DNA from: Camelus ferus
Lineage: Eukaryota
Assembly: GCF_009834535.1 (NCBI RefSeq)
Contig: NC_045696.1
Location: forward strand, 74,402,001-74,466,000
Reading direction: 5' to 3'
DNA: 64,000 nucleotides
Within the stretch, counting starts at the first letter, position 1, and each line of letters begins with the position of its first letter. This document shows positions 23,733 to 37,068 of the stretch, in pieces. The translations under genes were made by a program, and so were the position numbers. The notes under the pieces were generated by a model. The model searched no databases and was not told where the DNA came from. It worked only from the letters and a program-made list of their open reading frames with translations.

Positions 23733-26700
23733 TACAGAGAATGCGTAGACACATACCCATAAACGCACATACCCAAAAGCAAACCTATGAAAAAGGGCGG
23801 TTGCCCAGTCCTTGCATAAATGCCCACCTCTGAGGTGGTTGGGACCCTGCACTGTACAGAATAGTAGGACCAGGTGATCAGACAGCCTTGCAAGGTAACC
23901 AGCAAAAGGCAGGTACTGCACTGAGATTGCTACATGTGTTCGAGTCATCCTATCTGAGGTGTTTCTCATGATAAGTTAAATTCTTCCTTTGTGCATAGAA
24001 TTACTTCTGTGCTCATTTGAAAAATTTCATGCCTGCCTGGAACAAAACAAGAAAGCCTATTGCTTCAGCATTTGTTGAGTAGCTTTCTGTTCAAGAGTAC
24101 ATTGCTGTGCTCTGGAAATGTCGCTTTGCTGGGTGCCCGTCTGCCCCACAGGGGCTGACCTTTCTTCTCAGCCTGAACTGTTCAGGAGAGCTAGTTTATC
24201 CAGGATTGTTGGCAGAGCTCCAGACTCCCTACCTGTCCATCTGGAAAAGTGGTCTGAGAATTGATATTCTGCCACCCCTTCAGACTTTCACTGGCCACAA
24301 CTCTGCCCCTCCAAGGTCCTGGTGATGCCTGCATCCAACCAAAAGCAGCGCCTAGCCTTCCTCCCAAAGCCTTACCTGTTGGGCTAGAGGGCTGACAGTC
24401 ACCCTGGGAGGTCCCATCTCACTGGTTACTATGCTTATGAGTATGCAAAACCCCCCTCAGAAACTTTGAACAAGATAAAAAGTACCACCCATGGCTCCCA
24501 AGGACTCTTCATTTTACATCCTCTCCCATTTTTGCATAGTCATAAGCATAATTTAAATTTTTTTGCATAGTTGCAGTTGGTATGCATTCAATTTTGTATC
24601 TGCCTATCAATGTAACATTATGCCAGTCTCCTTTCTTCCACATCATTATTTAGTTTTTATAAACATCATTTTAATGGTTGCCTTATATTGAATCAAAGTG
24701 ATCCTTAGGCATTTTTTTCCCCACAGCTTTCCCTGGCTTGTGTGTGATCATTCAAATCTTTCCCTCCTTTCAGGGTGCAAGTTATCAAATTAAAAAGGAA
24801 AGGAAGGGATTACAAGAAAATCATGTACGTTGCTATGATTAGACATATACTGATTTACCATGAATTATGCATATTTATGGGAATTTGCACGTTGCAGTCT
24901 TTTCATACCCCTGCTGCACCTTTAAATGTCACTGGAGACACCACCGCACACGTTTCACTGCTGTTCTAAAACCTCAAGTTTAAATCACATCCTACATGGC
25001 AGTTATACAGGATTCTGCTTCCTGAGGCTGACCACAGCCGAATCACAAACATGGATTTGCATAAATTTGGTTTGCTTGAATTTTTAAGTTTGCTGAGAAG
25101 GGAAATTGACTAAATATTGTTAGAGCCAAAAATAACTTGGGATATAATTTACTATGGTACCATATGCATTGAGGACACAGATGTATGGACCCACCAAGAT
25201 ATTCCTATGCCAAAAATATATATGTAGACCTATATATAATATATAAGACCTATATTGAAGTCTAAGCAACTTATATGAGTGGAGTAATAGAATTAAGTCC
25301 TATGACTTCTTCATATTGAAAGGCAATGATAAAAATAAATCATTGTGAATGCATTTTAGAATATATAGCCTTTTGTAAACATTCTAGATTTTTAAAGTTT
25401 TTGCTTGTGTTCCAAAATGCAAAACTCTTACATTAATGCAGATCCAAAGAGTACAGGAAGTTATTTTAGCAGAGCTAAAATACCAGTGAGGATGCTTGTA
25501 TTCAAGTTTCTGGCTTTGCCAATGACTTTCTCCTTGACCTTGAATAAATCTCTAAGCCTCGATGTCCCTATCAGCAAAGTGATAATATTTTCCCTAGTTC
25601 TATCTCACAAGAATTCTGGAAGAATTTCTTAAAGAAAACAAACAAACAAAAAAATCATCTGAGCCACTCAAGAGGATTACTTCCTGTGAATAAATCCAAA
25701 ATGGTATCATCTTTAAGGAAGCCACTCACTAAGACCCTGTGGTTATGAATCAATCTCTTGTGTTAAACAGTAATTTTAAGATGAGATCCCCTGTAGAAAA
25801 ATGAACACATCTAGAACTATTATTTTTAGATCAGTAATACTAGGGAGGGAGGCAAAGTGTGGCTTAATTTTATGAATTTACAAGTGACAGAATTATATTG
25901 CATTTCTTTTTGAATAATTCTTTTGATAACTTTCTAATCATAAAGAGAAAAAGTGTATAAGCTTTCATATTTGTTTTTCAACTGTCTTGAAAAGATGACA
26001 TGATAAATAGTTCTAGAGAAGTAACTTTAGTATTTTTATCACTACTGATTCTCTTTTTTTTAATGAGCAAAATTTTTTCCTGGAGAAGCAAAACTTATGC
26101 TGAGGCTTCCAAACTTTATTTAGTAGTCAAGAAATTGCATATTCCAAGTAAAAACAATGTATCTGTCCCCCAGACTAGAAAAAGCCCTCTTAGATGAATT
26201 TTGTTAACACCCGAGCCTTCTTTAAAATAAAAATGAAAAGCATGCAGAGCTCATTATGAGTCTTTAGCAGAAGAGTCACATAATATCTCTCAAAACGGAG
26301 AAACCTAATTAGCTTCAGCAAAGTGCCAAAGAAAAGGAGAACTTCTCTCCCAAAGTAAGATGACATTTAGAACCTCTCTGTATACCTTTGAAGAGAATCA
26401 GACCCTCTATCAATCAACTGTCTTTGGAACAATTATTTCAGAGTATACTGGTATGAAAGAGTAGTAACCACCAGTGAGTTTTTATTATTCTTCCTTCTTT
26501 AGAAATCTACTTCTGACATCACAAGTAAGGCCCTCAATCAGCTTCCTCAGAACTTCCTGCCCATCAGTAAGGAAAAAAACAAATCCATAAAAACATATAT
26601 ATGAGGTTTTAAGTTCATGTTGAGGCCAGATTTGGGGACAGGGTGCAGAGAAATTTAGTTATGTCAGCTTGGGCAGAGTTCATTTTAAGCACATGCATAA

Positions 26701-29264
26701 GCATTGTAGATGAGATTGGTAGAGTTGGGTGGATCAAACTTTAATTTCCCAAATGTCCAATTTAGTTTTGTTATGACAGGAGTTGGGGAGGGGTGGGAAT
26801 AAAGGGAATTAACATTGTTGTGCACCTACTATGTGCCAGACAACAATCTGGGGGGGAGGGGGGACCCAAGGCTGAGAAGGGTTGAGAAACTTGAAAAGTG
26901 TCACATAACTAGCAAAGCAGCAAAAATGGAATTAAAATAAAGTTTGCCTCAAAAGCCCATGCTCTTCCTGCCAACTGCCTTCCCACAAGGCATCAAGAAA
27001 ATTAAACTGCACAACATCTTGTTTAAAGATACCATCATTAGTTGCTGTATATTACTTAGCACCCATGGGAGCCTTCTTTAAAAAGAATTTTTTTAAGTCA
27101 CAGACAGCAAAGAGAAAGATGGGACTGTGTCAGGGTCAAAACAAAGCTCCTGCTGGACACCTGCTTCAGAACTGCCAGTCCCTACTTAGAGATTATTTGG
27201 AAGAAGCCGAGTGCTGAATAATGGAGTTGCACAGGCAAAGGTTTCTCTGGAAACACAAGAAACAAATAGAAATGAAGAATGTAGTGTCCTGTTTCCTAGT
27301 TTGCACACAACTATGCCTTTATTTTTCTCATAACTGACCTCAAGATAAATGGGAAAAATGGCTCACTTCACCAGGCTTTCCTCGCGTTCTTGGCACCAAA
27401 GCTCCTATATTCATGACAGATTTTTTTTTTACTGAAAGTTAACTCTTGAGCTTGTTCTTGTAGAACTTAAACAATAAAGCTATCCAAGGCAGGTACAAAG
27501 AACAAAAAAAGAAATGTCTTCGGAACTTAAGAAGCAGCAAATTTCCTCAATAGCCAGATGAGATTACCCCTCGTATCTCTTCTAGGACCTATGGAATGAA
27601 CATTGTTGGGAAACACAAAAGCCCTTTTTAATTTCATAGTTTTTCCGGAAGATTAAGGTAGATAAAGGGGGTTACCTGTGCAAAATATTTTACCATTGGG
27701 GATATTTTGAGTCCCTTGCCCACTTTTAGCTATAATCATGCTAACAGAATTTATACTGGCATTAAAAAAATGCTTGCAACATATTAAGCAAAACACAAAT
27801 GCAAGAAAAAATTTGGAAAGATCCAACTGTGTTAAAACATGCTTAGCAAAAAAGACTCTATGGAAACATTCTAATTTATCAAAGGTGATTATCTCTGAAT
27901 GCTGGAATAATAAGTGATTTTTAAACTACTTGTCTGTCCTTTCCAGTTCTGTATTTGGTAATTCATTAATTCTCCCAAAAACAATTTTTAAAAATAAAAT
28001 ACAACCAAACTGACTAAAAGTAAAAAAATGAGAAAGCTATGTATAACTAATCAAGCTGAAATAGTGTTCTTCCAAACATCAGCTATCAATAAAGCCATGT
28101 GTTTCCTCTAAATAGAAGAGATATAATGGAATTAGAAGCAAAAAAGCTAGTGGTAGGATCTGCTTACTGTTTGTGTGGCCTTTAAATATTATTAAAGTCT
28201 CTTGCCATGAATCTAGATATACTGATTGCTTGTGTTTAAAATCAACATCAGCAAAAATGTTTCTTAAAAACTTCTTAGTTGCCAGTTTGTATAATTGTGT
28301 TAAAAGTGCATTTTAACAATGAGCATTAATAGCTTTAGTGGCTGCAGATTAATAAAAGAGTCCTGTGCTTCCATAGAGGGAACATCTGAGGTAGGCATTC
28401 CTTTTGTTTGGTACTTTGTTTTATCAGCAGCTGGTGGGGCTGAGGGATGAGAGAGAAGGTGAGAAATGTAGCCTGCACCTACCCAGCTTTAAGAGTGGTA
28501 GCATCATTTATAATTTCCCAGGATTGAATTGGTAACTCCTGCAGGGAGGAAATTTCGCTGAGCTCTGATTCTCTCCTGGGCTCCGCACACCTAATTGTAT
28601 TTCTCCCGTGCTGCGTTCCTGTTTGTCTCCTCATTCATCTTCTCTGGTGAGATGACAACTCTGTCAGCACCCATTTCCAAATTCTAATTTTCCTCCTCAT
28701 AACTTCTCACCTTACTGACCATAAACAGGAGAGAGGGAAGCCCAGCTGTTTTTAGCAGATGCTTTAGAAAAAGACCAAACAGAAGCTAAAATCCTACAGG
28801 AAGGAAGACAGTTTGCTAAATAAGGATTGCATCAGGGTTCTGTCTGCCTCTTCCTTTGTGAAGTTTGATGGTTTAATAACTTTAGGAGGTGTCAGTGTCT
28901 CAGATGCAAAGACCATCATGAAAAAGTGGACTGAACTTCCAGGTCCCTTGCTCTGAAATATAAATGCATAAAATGTACTTATAATTATGAAAAGTTGAAT
29001 ACATTTCTATTTATTCCTGGATGTTAATGCTTCTAATTCAGAAAAAGCATCTGATTAATAACAGAGTTCTAAATAATAGATCTGATCCCTGTACTTAGCA
29101 TTTAGTTTTTCCTTCCTCAAAAAAAAAAAAAAAACTCCAGATTATAACATGTAAAATATAGTTATTGTAAAAAATTGGGAACTACAGGCAAAGAATGCTG
29201 TTTACTTAATATCAGTATTCTATATTTTTTATGGTTTGTTTCAGAGAATCAAGCAACTGAATAG

Positions 29265-29450
29265 AATAAGTGTTTCAACAAACCTGGGTTTTAATCCTGA
29301 CTTGGCCACTTTCTGGCTGTGATTATGGACAAGTTTCTTAACCTCCCTAAAAGTTTTCTTTGAATGAGAATAGTCATGCCTGCCTCATGTAGTTGGCATG
29401 AGAGTTAGAAATAGTGTATCCTTGGCACATGGTAGGTGATCAATTAATGT
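29265..29450 (+). mobile_element. MIR SINE
   Basis: acctgggttttaatcctgacttggccactttctggctgtgattatggacaagtttcttaacctc. Confidence 0.75.
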
Positions 29451-29987
29451 CAAGTATAATAATATAACTACTAATAACTACTAATCACCTTTTAAGTTTA
29501 AGACTTAAAACATTTTTAAATGCCTGGGAATTTCAACCCCATTTCTAATAGACAAATATACCTAGTGCATGGATCTGAGGAAGACACTACCAGTTTGGCA
29601 AATGAGTGCACTTTCTCGATGCCTCAGTAAGGGATTTGCCACGTCTGACCTGCTCCTTAGTTTGTGAGAGCTCCTACCCAATTGAAAATCCCCAAAGGAG
29701 GAGGTCCATTTCTCAAATACCATGAAACCCCACACAGCCAGGGGCTGCTCAATGCGTACCCTCTGCTGCTGACACTGGCCCACAGAAATAATAATTCATG
29801 TCAGATATTGCTCATTCATCCTTCTCTTTCTGTCAGTGCAAAAATCCTTGTATATCCCAGCTCTGTTTCGCACAGTTTAGAAGTGGCCCCTGGTGTCCAG
29901 GAGAGCCTGAATTGGCAAAAGCTGCCTCCACTAATTGGAAAGTCTTTCTGGTGCTGTGTACTGTGTTGGTGGGAAAGCCTCCAGCTC

Positions 29988-30102
29988 CTGGGTTCTTAAT
30001 CAGAGCTGCACGCTGACACAGCCTGAGGCCTTTTTTTAAAAAAAAGACTGATGCTTGGGTCCCACCTACAGGATTTCTGACTTAATTGGTCTGGAGTTGG
30101 GC
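29988..30102. mobile_element. MER5-type MITE, partial
   Basis: ctgatgcttgggtcccacctacaggatttctgacttaattggtctgg. Confidence 0.6.
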
Positions 30103-30374
30103 TCAGCTCTGGCTCACCTCACCCTGGGCTTCTGCCTTTTCAGTAGCCATTGAAACCCTGTTACTGACCCTGCTTGGAGTAGTTAAGAGTCCATGTGTGC
30201 TTTGGGAACTGGTTGTTTTATCTTCTTCTTAATTCTATTCCAACATAGTTCCTCACCCAACTTTTTCATCTCTAATATTTCTTTCTTCAGTCTCCATGTT
30301 GGACCTGTAAACAAGGAATTTCTGTGGGAAGATTAAGAGCTGTTGTCCAGTGAATTTGTATTTCCTAAGTCCCT

Positions 30375-30560
30375 GCCTGTGCCCAGCACTGTTCTAGGCA
30401 CTATTTCATTTAATCTTCACAGCAATCTTGCAAAGCAGGTGAGAGCAGCCTGTCTAGTATTGAGGAAACTGTGATTCATGGGGGCTAGTCCACTTACCCT
30501 GTATCGTACAGCCAGGAAGAGCCTGGATTCAAGTTCAGATCATTGTGATTTCAAAACACT
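30375..30560 (-). mobile_element. MIR SINE
   Basis: cactgttctaggcactatttcatttaatcttcacagcaatc...gaggaaactgtg. Confidence 0.7.
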
Positions 30561-31189
30561 TCCTCTTTGTGCTCACCCTGCGCCATAAAATCAGAGGTAG
30601 GGGAGAGGGTAGGCCGTTTAAAAGAGTGAAGCTGTGTGTAATGTCGTAGGGGCTGGTGAGGACTGTGGCAAACTAGAAATGGATGCCCCAGTGAGAACAT
30701 TCAGATGCAGAATTTTTCAAACATTGCAGGTTAACAAGACACACTGAATTTGGCTTGTGGGCCACCAGCTTTTCAGGTTTTTTTTCTCTTTTCCAACTTT
30801 GAAAAATACCATAGTCATGCAATTTCACTCTGCAACCACATAGAAGATGCAGAAGACTATACTGTGTGGCCTTGAGTGGGATAACTGAGATGAATGAGTG
30901 ACAGAGGAAGGAGGAGGATTCTGATCTGGTATGTTTAATAGACCTTGCCATCAGAGCTGCCCAGCAGAGGAACTCTGCACCAGAAGAACAGGGTGCTGAG
31001 CAGAGAGAATGCTGCAGCACTCCTAAAGAAAAGCTCCTCCCCAGGGACAGAAGGTACTGTTCTGTTAAACATTTACTGAGCCTTTAGTATGTGCCATGCA
31101 CTGTGCTGGGCACTGTGGGAACTGTCGAGATGCAGGACCCTGGTGGAGGAGGCTGCAGTCCTCACTAGCCCGGTGTCGCATTAGCAGGT

Positions 31190-31360
31190 TTATATACATT
31201 TGTCCTTTAACTTTTGTCATAACCTTGAGAAGTAGTGCCATTAACCCCAGTTAAAAGATGAGGATATTGAGACTTAGTGAGATTGAGATACTTGTTCAAG
31301 GGCACAAGAGAGTGAGTGATAGAGAGAGGACTTTAACTGAAATTAAAAGTCTGTGCTTTT
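31190..31360 (-). mobile_element. MIR SINE
   Basis: ccccagttaaaagatgaggatattgagacttagtgagattgagatacttgttcaagggcac. Confidence 0.7.
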
Positions 31361-31779
31361 AATGACTGTGCCAAATATCCTCCCTCAGTGGGGACGCCAG
31401 CTTGGAATCCTGAGTCATCACTCAGGAAATCTGTCCCAGCCCTGGTGTCCCAGCGCTCCAGCATTAGCCCGCTGCACACTGGCCAAACCACAACAAGAAA
31501 AAGCAAAGCAACCTAAGAACTCCCATCCACCAGCCCCTCCCTGGTTCCTGGGGTTGTGATACAAGGACAGCAGTTAACTTGTTCCCATCCAATCAAATCC
31601 TAAGGGAGCCAGTTGCAAATTGTCTTAAGTTTTTCACTCTGTCATTTCTAAAGCAGAAAATAAGGTAGGAGATGTTCTGAGTGCAAGCACTGCACACCTT
31701 TTCTCATTTCAAATGTGACTTTGAGGTCAGCATTACAGTAAAATACCAAGAAACAAACATATTGAGAGGCAGTCTTGCA

Positions 31780-31950
31780 TTGTGAAGAGGACATAGAGGG
31801 AGAGCTTATGAGATATGAGTTTAAGTCCTGATCCTGCCACTTACTAGTTTTGTAATCTTGCATTTCCCTTCATTTCAGCGGGTTCCTGTTTCTGCATGTA
31901 TAGAAATGGGGCTTGCAGATTGTTATGAGTGTGTCACAGGTGCTCAATAA
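31780..31950 (+). mobile_element. MIR SINE
   Basis: gagtttaagtcctgatcctgccacttactagttttgtaatcttg...ggtgctcaataa. Confidence 0.7.
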
Positions 31951-32149
31951 GTTTGTGTTCCTTTCTTGATAAATAGCAGAAAAATTGTTAACTGTGCCTT
32001 AAAATTGGCATAAGTTGAAATCTTTTAAGATTTACAAGAATTGGCTTATAAACTCAATATACCAGTCTAACATGGGATATGATCATTTGAAGAGCATAAT
32101 TAACTAAACTAGAGGAAGGGGAAGGGAAGAGGAAGGGCAACTGGTACTG

Positions 32150-32340
32150 ATTAAGCCCCTGGCACAGGCCAGGCCGTGCTAGATCTTTCAGGCGTTTCAT
32201 CTAACCCACGCAGCAGCACTGTAAGATGAGCAGTTGTACCCTCGTTCTCACAAATGATGACCCCTCAGCCTGAGAGGCTAAGGAAACTGCCTGAGTATTC
32301 AAGACTAGATTTGAACTCAGGTTCCCAGACTGCTCCAGCT
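32150..32340 (-). mobile_element. MIR SINE
   Basis: ccaggccgtgctagatcttt...cacaaatgatga...gaggctaaggaaactgcctgag...tttgaactcagg. Confidence 0.6.
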
Positions 32341-33599
32341 CTTCTAGCAGGGACCAGAGTCTTTTGATTCTTGTTGAATAAATTTTCTTCTTAGGAGGCT
32401 GAGTTGAGTACAAACATCGCATCTCCCATGCATCTCTGAAGGCAGCAATCTGCTGTTGTCCAAGTTAATAGTTGCTCTTCCAACAGGAACTGATGTGGAC
32501 TTATATTTCTAAAATTTCTGGTGTATTCTCTCTACTCTATAAAATTTGGAATAACTCCTGATGAAAGATATTGATATTATGACTTATTTTTATATGGAAA
32601 AGTAGGCTGTGTGTTCATAAGTGTGCATTCATAACTGTAATTTGAGTGGCTTACATTTACAAATTTTTCAATCATTATAGTTTTGGGGGGAGGACGTATT
32701 CTTCTGGAAAGTTTATTGAGAGTCCCACTGAAATTAAGCATCTCTTGTGCTAAATATTTGAGTTACCCAGTTTTACCAGAAAGCCTTATCTGGTCCTGTT
32801 TCTTTCAGCTTTGCCCAGGGAATTTGAATAGTTGATGGAGAAAGGAGAAAGGAGTTGGAGATCTAGAATTGGTAGAATTAAGCATTGTGTTGAGAATTGT
32901 GACTGAGCCCTTCAAGAGACCTTTGTCTGACTTAAGCATCTAAGAATTCAAGCCTTGTTTTTCCTTCTCATCCATAATGACAGCAGTGGGCCACAGATGT
33001 CACATGCTTTGCATGCACCACCTCATCTGTCTTTTTGGGATTCTTCACATGGTGGAAGAATCATCGCTCACAGAATTCAGATTGCATTCCGCTTCCCAGA
33101 GAATTAGCCTCAGTGGGCAGAAACTGAGTTTCTATGTCTAAACACTATAGCAAAGAATTTGACTAATTGAACATGAGTTTCTGTTCTCCTCACAGTAATT
33201 TACTGCAGGCTAATTGTTACACATTTAAATACTTTGAATAAATGAATTAAAAGCCAGTTTTCATCTTTGTTCATCCAATTCATTAGGTGATTTCATTTTA
33301 GGAAATGAGGAAGTAGATGTGATTCATTGTGCAACAAATGAACAATTCACTCATTTATGTAAGGAGTAAGTATTGGCTTGGCTATCTCTGTGCTAAAAGA
33401 TGGGATGATTTGTTTCCCCTCCCCACTGCCAAGGTGACCACTGGGCATACAGTCAGTGGCCACACAATACAAATGCTGATGGTGGAGCTAACTTAATACA
33501 AAGATATTGCTTTGTATTCAGGGTCACCTTCATGCGCCATAAATAGAAAATTAAGTATGGTCCTAAAAGTAAATACAGTAAGAAAAAAAACCTCTTTCA

Positions 33600-33820
33600 T
33601 AGTGCTTTATTTTTGCAAGTGCTTTGGTATGTGTTCTACACTTTGATTGTTACACAACAACCCTGGATGTCAGTATTATTATCCCCATTTGACAGGTGAG
33701 AAAAGTCGAGTTCAGGGGACATTAGTGCATTGTTCAGAGATACCCAGCTTGTAACTAATAGAGACAGACTTGGAACCCAGGCCTCCTGATGCTAAAATGT
33801 TATGCTCTTTCCATTATAGC
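33600..33820 (-). mobile_element. MIR SINE
   Basis: cacaacaaccctgg...tattattatccccatttgacaggtgagaaaag...gaacccaggcctcctga. Confidence 0.75.
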
Positions 33821-34212
33821 TGCTGTAATTAACATAAACGGGCAGAATGGGGAGAAAAAGAAAAGGTCAGCCTAACGCTGTGTCTTTTGATTGTTCTAGC
33901 TCCTATCACAGGAGGCAGCCTGCCTCCAGGGGCTAAAGCAGGGTGTGGTGTCTGGGAGGCTAGGCTGGGAGATGAGCCTTGTCCCTGCCCGTCACCCTCA
34001 ATGTGTGCACCCCAGGGAAAGCAGGAGCTTGGGGAAACCATCCGTCTCCTGGGCCTGAGTAGGGAGAGGGAATCTGGGTGCAGCATGAGGCAGGTGAGGA
34101 CAAGGAGATTCCGAGGGGAGGGGATTTCACCACTCTGAGGTGAGAGCTGAGGGCTTTGGGCACAGGCAAAGAGGCGGCAGTCAGAGGCTCCAGGCGCGCC
34201 GATGGTCACTGC

Positions 34213-34236
34213 GACCCCGACCCCGACCCCGACCCC
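34213..34236 (-). repeat. (GGGGTC)4 hexamer repeat on the minus strand, G-quadruplex-capable
   Basis: Plus strand reads GACCCC four times exactly. Confidence 0.9.
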
Positions 34237-34739
34237 TGAGTAACTGTCTTTGCTCTCGCTCCCGGACACATCCCTCTCCCAAGCAGCCTGCTGTGCGCTG
34301 CCCTGGGAGCGGCCCTCCTCCGGCTCCAGCGTGGTGGGCTCTAAAAGGTCAGAACCTGTAAAGTATCCGCCTCAGAAAGGAGTCCTGGGAGGGAAAATGT
34401 GGCTCTTGTTTGTTTGGAGCTACATAAAAGGCTGTTACAATTATCTGCAGTCTGGCAGGCACTTTCTGGGAGGATTCCATATGGTAATAGATGTATTTAC
34501 CACAACTGGTTTTTCTCCCAGTTGTGAAAAGCGGAGTGAACCTTAGACCCTCTTCCTCCTGTCAACCTTCTTTCTGAAATAACTGATTAATAACCTTGTT
34601 ACTTCCAAAGGGAGGGATTCCTAATCCTATAACTAGTGTGAGCTGTATCAGAAAGCTCTGGGTGGGTTGGTGGTTTGGTTGGTTGACTGAATTTTTGTAG
34701 GTCCCCTGACGCCCCCCTCTTCCCTACGGGATGAATCAG

Positions 34740-34925
34740 TGTTGTAGCAAAGGCTTTAGCACCACGCAGACCAGGGTTCAAATCCCAGCTTTGCTGCTGA
34801 TTATCTGATTTTTGAGCCAGTAACTCTCCGATCATCAATGATCTCATCTGTAAAATGGTAGAAATGCTACCAACCCAACAGAGGTATAAAAATCACATGA
34901 ATACTGCAGTTAAATGCTTACCATA
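34740..34925 (+). mobile_element. MIR SINE interrupted by an L1MB insertion
   Basis: cagaccagggttcaaatcccagctttgc...tctcatctgtaaaatgg. A possible MIR tail resumes at ~35260-35290. Confidence 0.65.
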
Positions 34926-34928
34926 AAG

Positions 34929-35247
34929 TTATACTCAGTGAAATAAGCCAGACACAGGAGGACAAACATTGTATGTTTCCACGTATAGGAAGAATCTAGA
35001 ACAGTCAAGTCCACAGAGACGGAAAGAATGGTGGTTGCCAGGCACTTGAGGGGGGGAGGGGACGCAGATTAGTGTTTAATGGGTACAGAGTTTTAGTTTG
35101 GGAAGATGACAGAGTTGTGGAGAGAGACAGTGGTGATGGCTGCACAACAGTTTGAATATACTTGATGCCACTGAGCTGTACACTTAAAAATGGCTGAAAT
35201 GGCAAGTGCTGCCCTATGTTATGCATATTTTACCGCAATAAAATAAA
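34929..35247 (+). mobile_element. L1MB-type 3' end
   Basis: tactcagtgaaataagccagacacaggaggacaaa...tttaatgggtacagagtttt...gccactgagctgtacacttaaaaatgg...accgcaataaaataaa. Confidence 0.9.
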
Positions 35248-36904
35248 CCCGTCTTTAATGTTTACAGTGCCACTTGGCCTACAATAAGTAATAAAGGGCA
35301 CTTCTGATCCTGTGTCCCAGTCTTGGCACACTTCTACCAGATGTCATTTTTCACACTGTATTTTATCCACTGTGTCAGTCATGACTTCCGTCTCCCTGAG
35401 TGTGAGGACCGTTGATTATCTCTTCTTCATCCATCCTGTCTCCATAGCGTCTGGCACCTAGTAAGCACTCAGTAAATGATCTGGGGGAAGAGAGAAGGTT
35501 GCTAATACTCCTTCCCTTTCGTCTTTTACATCTTAGAGCCTCTAAACACAGCGGTACTAAGTCACTTATTTCTCTTGGGTGCTAGAAGATCATTCTTTGT
35601 ACTAAAATAATGAGCTCACACTACTGTACAAATGTATTAGTTTCTTTAATCTTCAATAAATGTGGGAGAAATTTCTCTAAATTAAGTCTCTGAGGATTGA
35701 CTCCATGCCATTCTTAAGGAGTTCTAGTTTGCTCTAAAAATATAGGCAGAATAAAAATGGAGCATTAAGGTTGCTGTTCCTTTAGAAGGAAATGAATCCT
35801 ATATAGAGAGCATCTTACCTGCATAGAACTGGAGCCCCACACAGTCCAATCTAGTGTCATTTCAAAGAAACGGCAGTCAGATGCCGTAGCTTTGAAGAAT
35901 CCTGCAGAGCATTAATGAAGTTTCCTGACAGTGGTGACTGGGGCGGGGGGTTGGGGGTGGGGACTCACAACACCTCACACAGAAAATCTCTCAACAGTGT
36001 ATCTCTTTCCGTCTCCTTAAACCTCCCCATTCACAGGAATTACTAAAATCAATCTCCAACTTCTCTCGCTCTCTCTTCCCCCTCCCTTCCTGCCCTTCCC
36101 CCTCCTCCCTACTCTGTTCTTATCCATCTCTGCCCACCCTCACCCAAAGTCCAGGCTCCTTGGACTTGACTGTCCCCTCTGTACACACTCCCTGGGAGGC
36201 ATGGCCAAGTCCCCAGCTCTGACTGGTACCCAGCCAGAATCGGCACATTCTTCATCCCCCTCCCTGAAACTCTGGTGAATAAAATTAAAATTCTGCACCT
36301 TGTGAAATGCTGAGGAGTCCCAATGCCAAGCATTTTGGGGCTGTACTGCGGGAGACCTATTTGGCTGTGATCATACCAGTTCCATCATTTTTTTTGCCCA
36401 CCCTCATTTTATAGGACAAGAAATCAGTACTAAATCACATCAGTTCATTCTTTCTCTGGGTAAGTGCTTCCCAGCTTTTTTCAGCTGTGCACCCTCAGAC
36501 CCTACTCTTCTCAGGCCACTCTCCAAGGAGACATGACTGGTCACAGCCCCGCCTGGTCACTCGTAGGGATCAGGGCATCTCCTGGCCCAGCTGTAACCTC
36601 CACATGACTCATGTACATATTAGGTGGGATGCTCTGCTCTGGACAATAAGAGAAGTCTAGGCATGTGAATTGTCAATTCATTGGAGCTCTCTGCACTTGT
36701 ATAAATGAGGGGCCTAACTGGGTTGTATGTTCTGAAGTCTCTCTCAGGCCTAAAATTCTACGTGTCTGTGGTTAACACAGAAAGCCACCTGTACTCAAAG
36801 CTAAGATTCAGCCTCTGCTTTCTTCAGGCTTCCTTTGAAGCTTTATTTCCCCAAGACCAAGATATTTTATTCACTCTCTTCAGAACCCTCTAGAAGTCTT
36901 TAGT

Positions 36905-37068
36905 TTAAGGCTTCAAAAATGACCATCCACACAGATTACCAAGACCCCCCCCCCAACACACACACACACACACAGAGTTTCTGATTCAGTAGATAATTTG
37001 CATTTCTAACAAGTTCTTGAGTGATTGGAGGGCTTCTGGTCTGGGGACCACACATTGAGAACCATTGG
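36905..37068. mobile_element. MER5A fragment with internal poly-C/(CA)n tract
   Basis: cagagtttctgattcagtag...tttgcatttctaacaagttc...ggaccacacattgagaaccattg. Confidence 0.75.

Noticed and set aside
33829..34546. Cluster of overlapping ORFs (up to 146 aa)
   Set aside because: Explained by locally high GC and the hexamer repeat; no recognisable homology.
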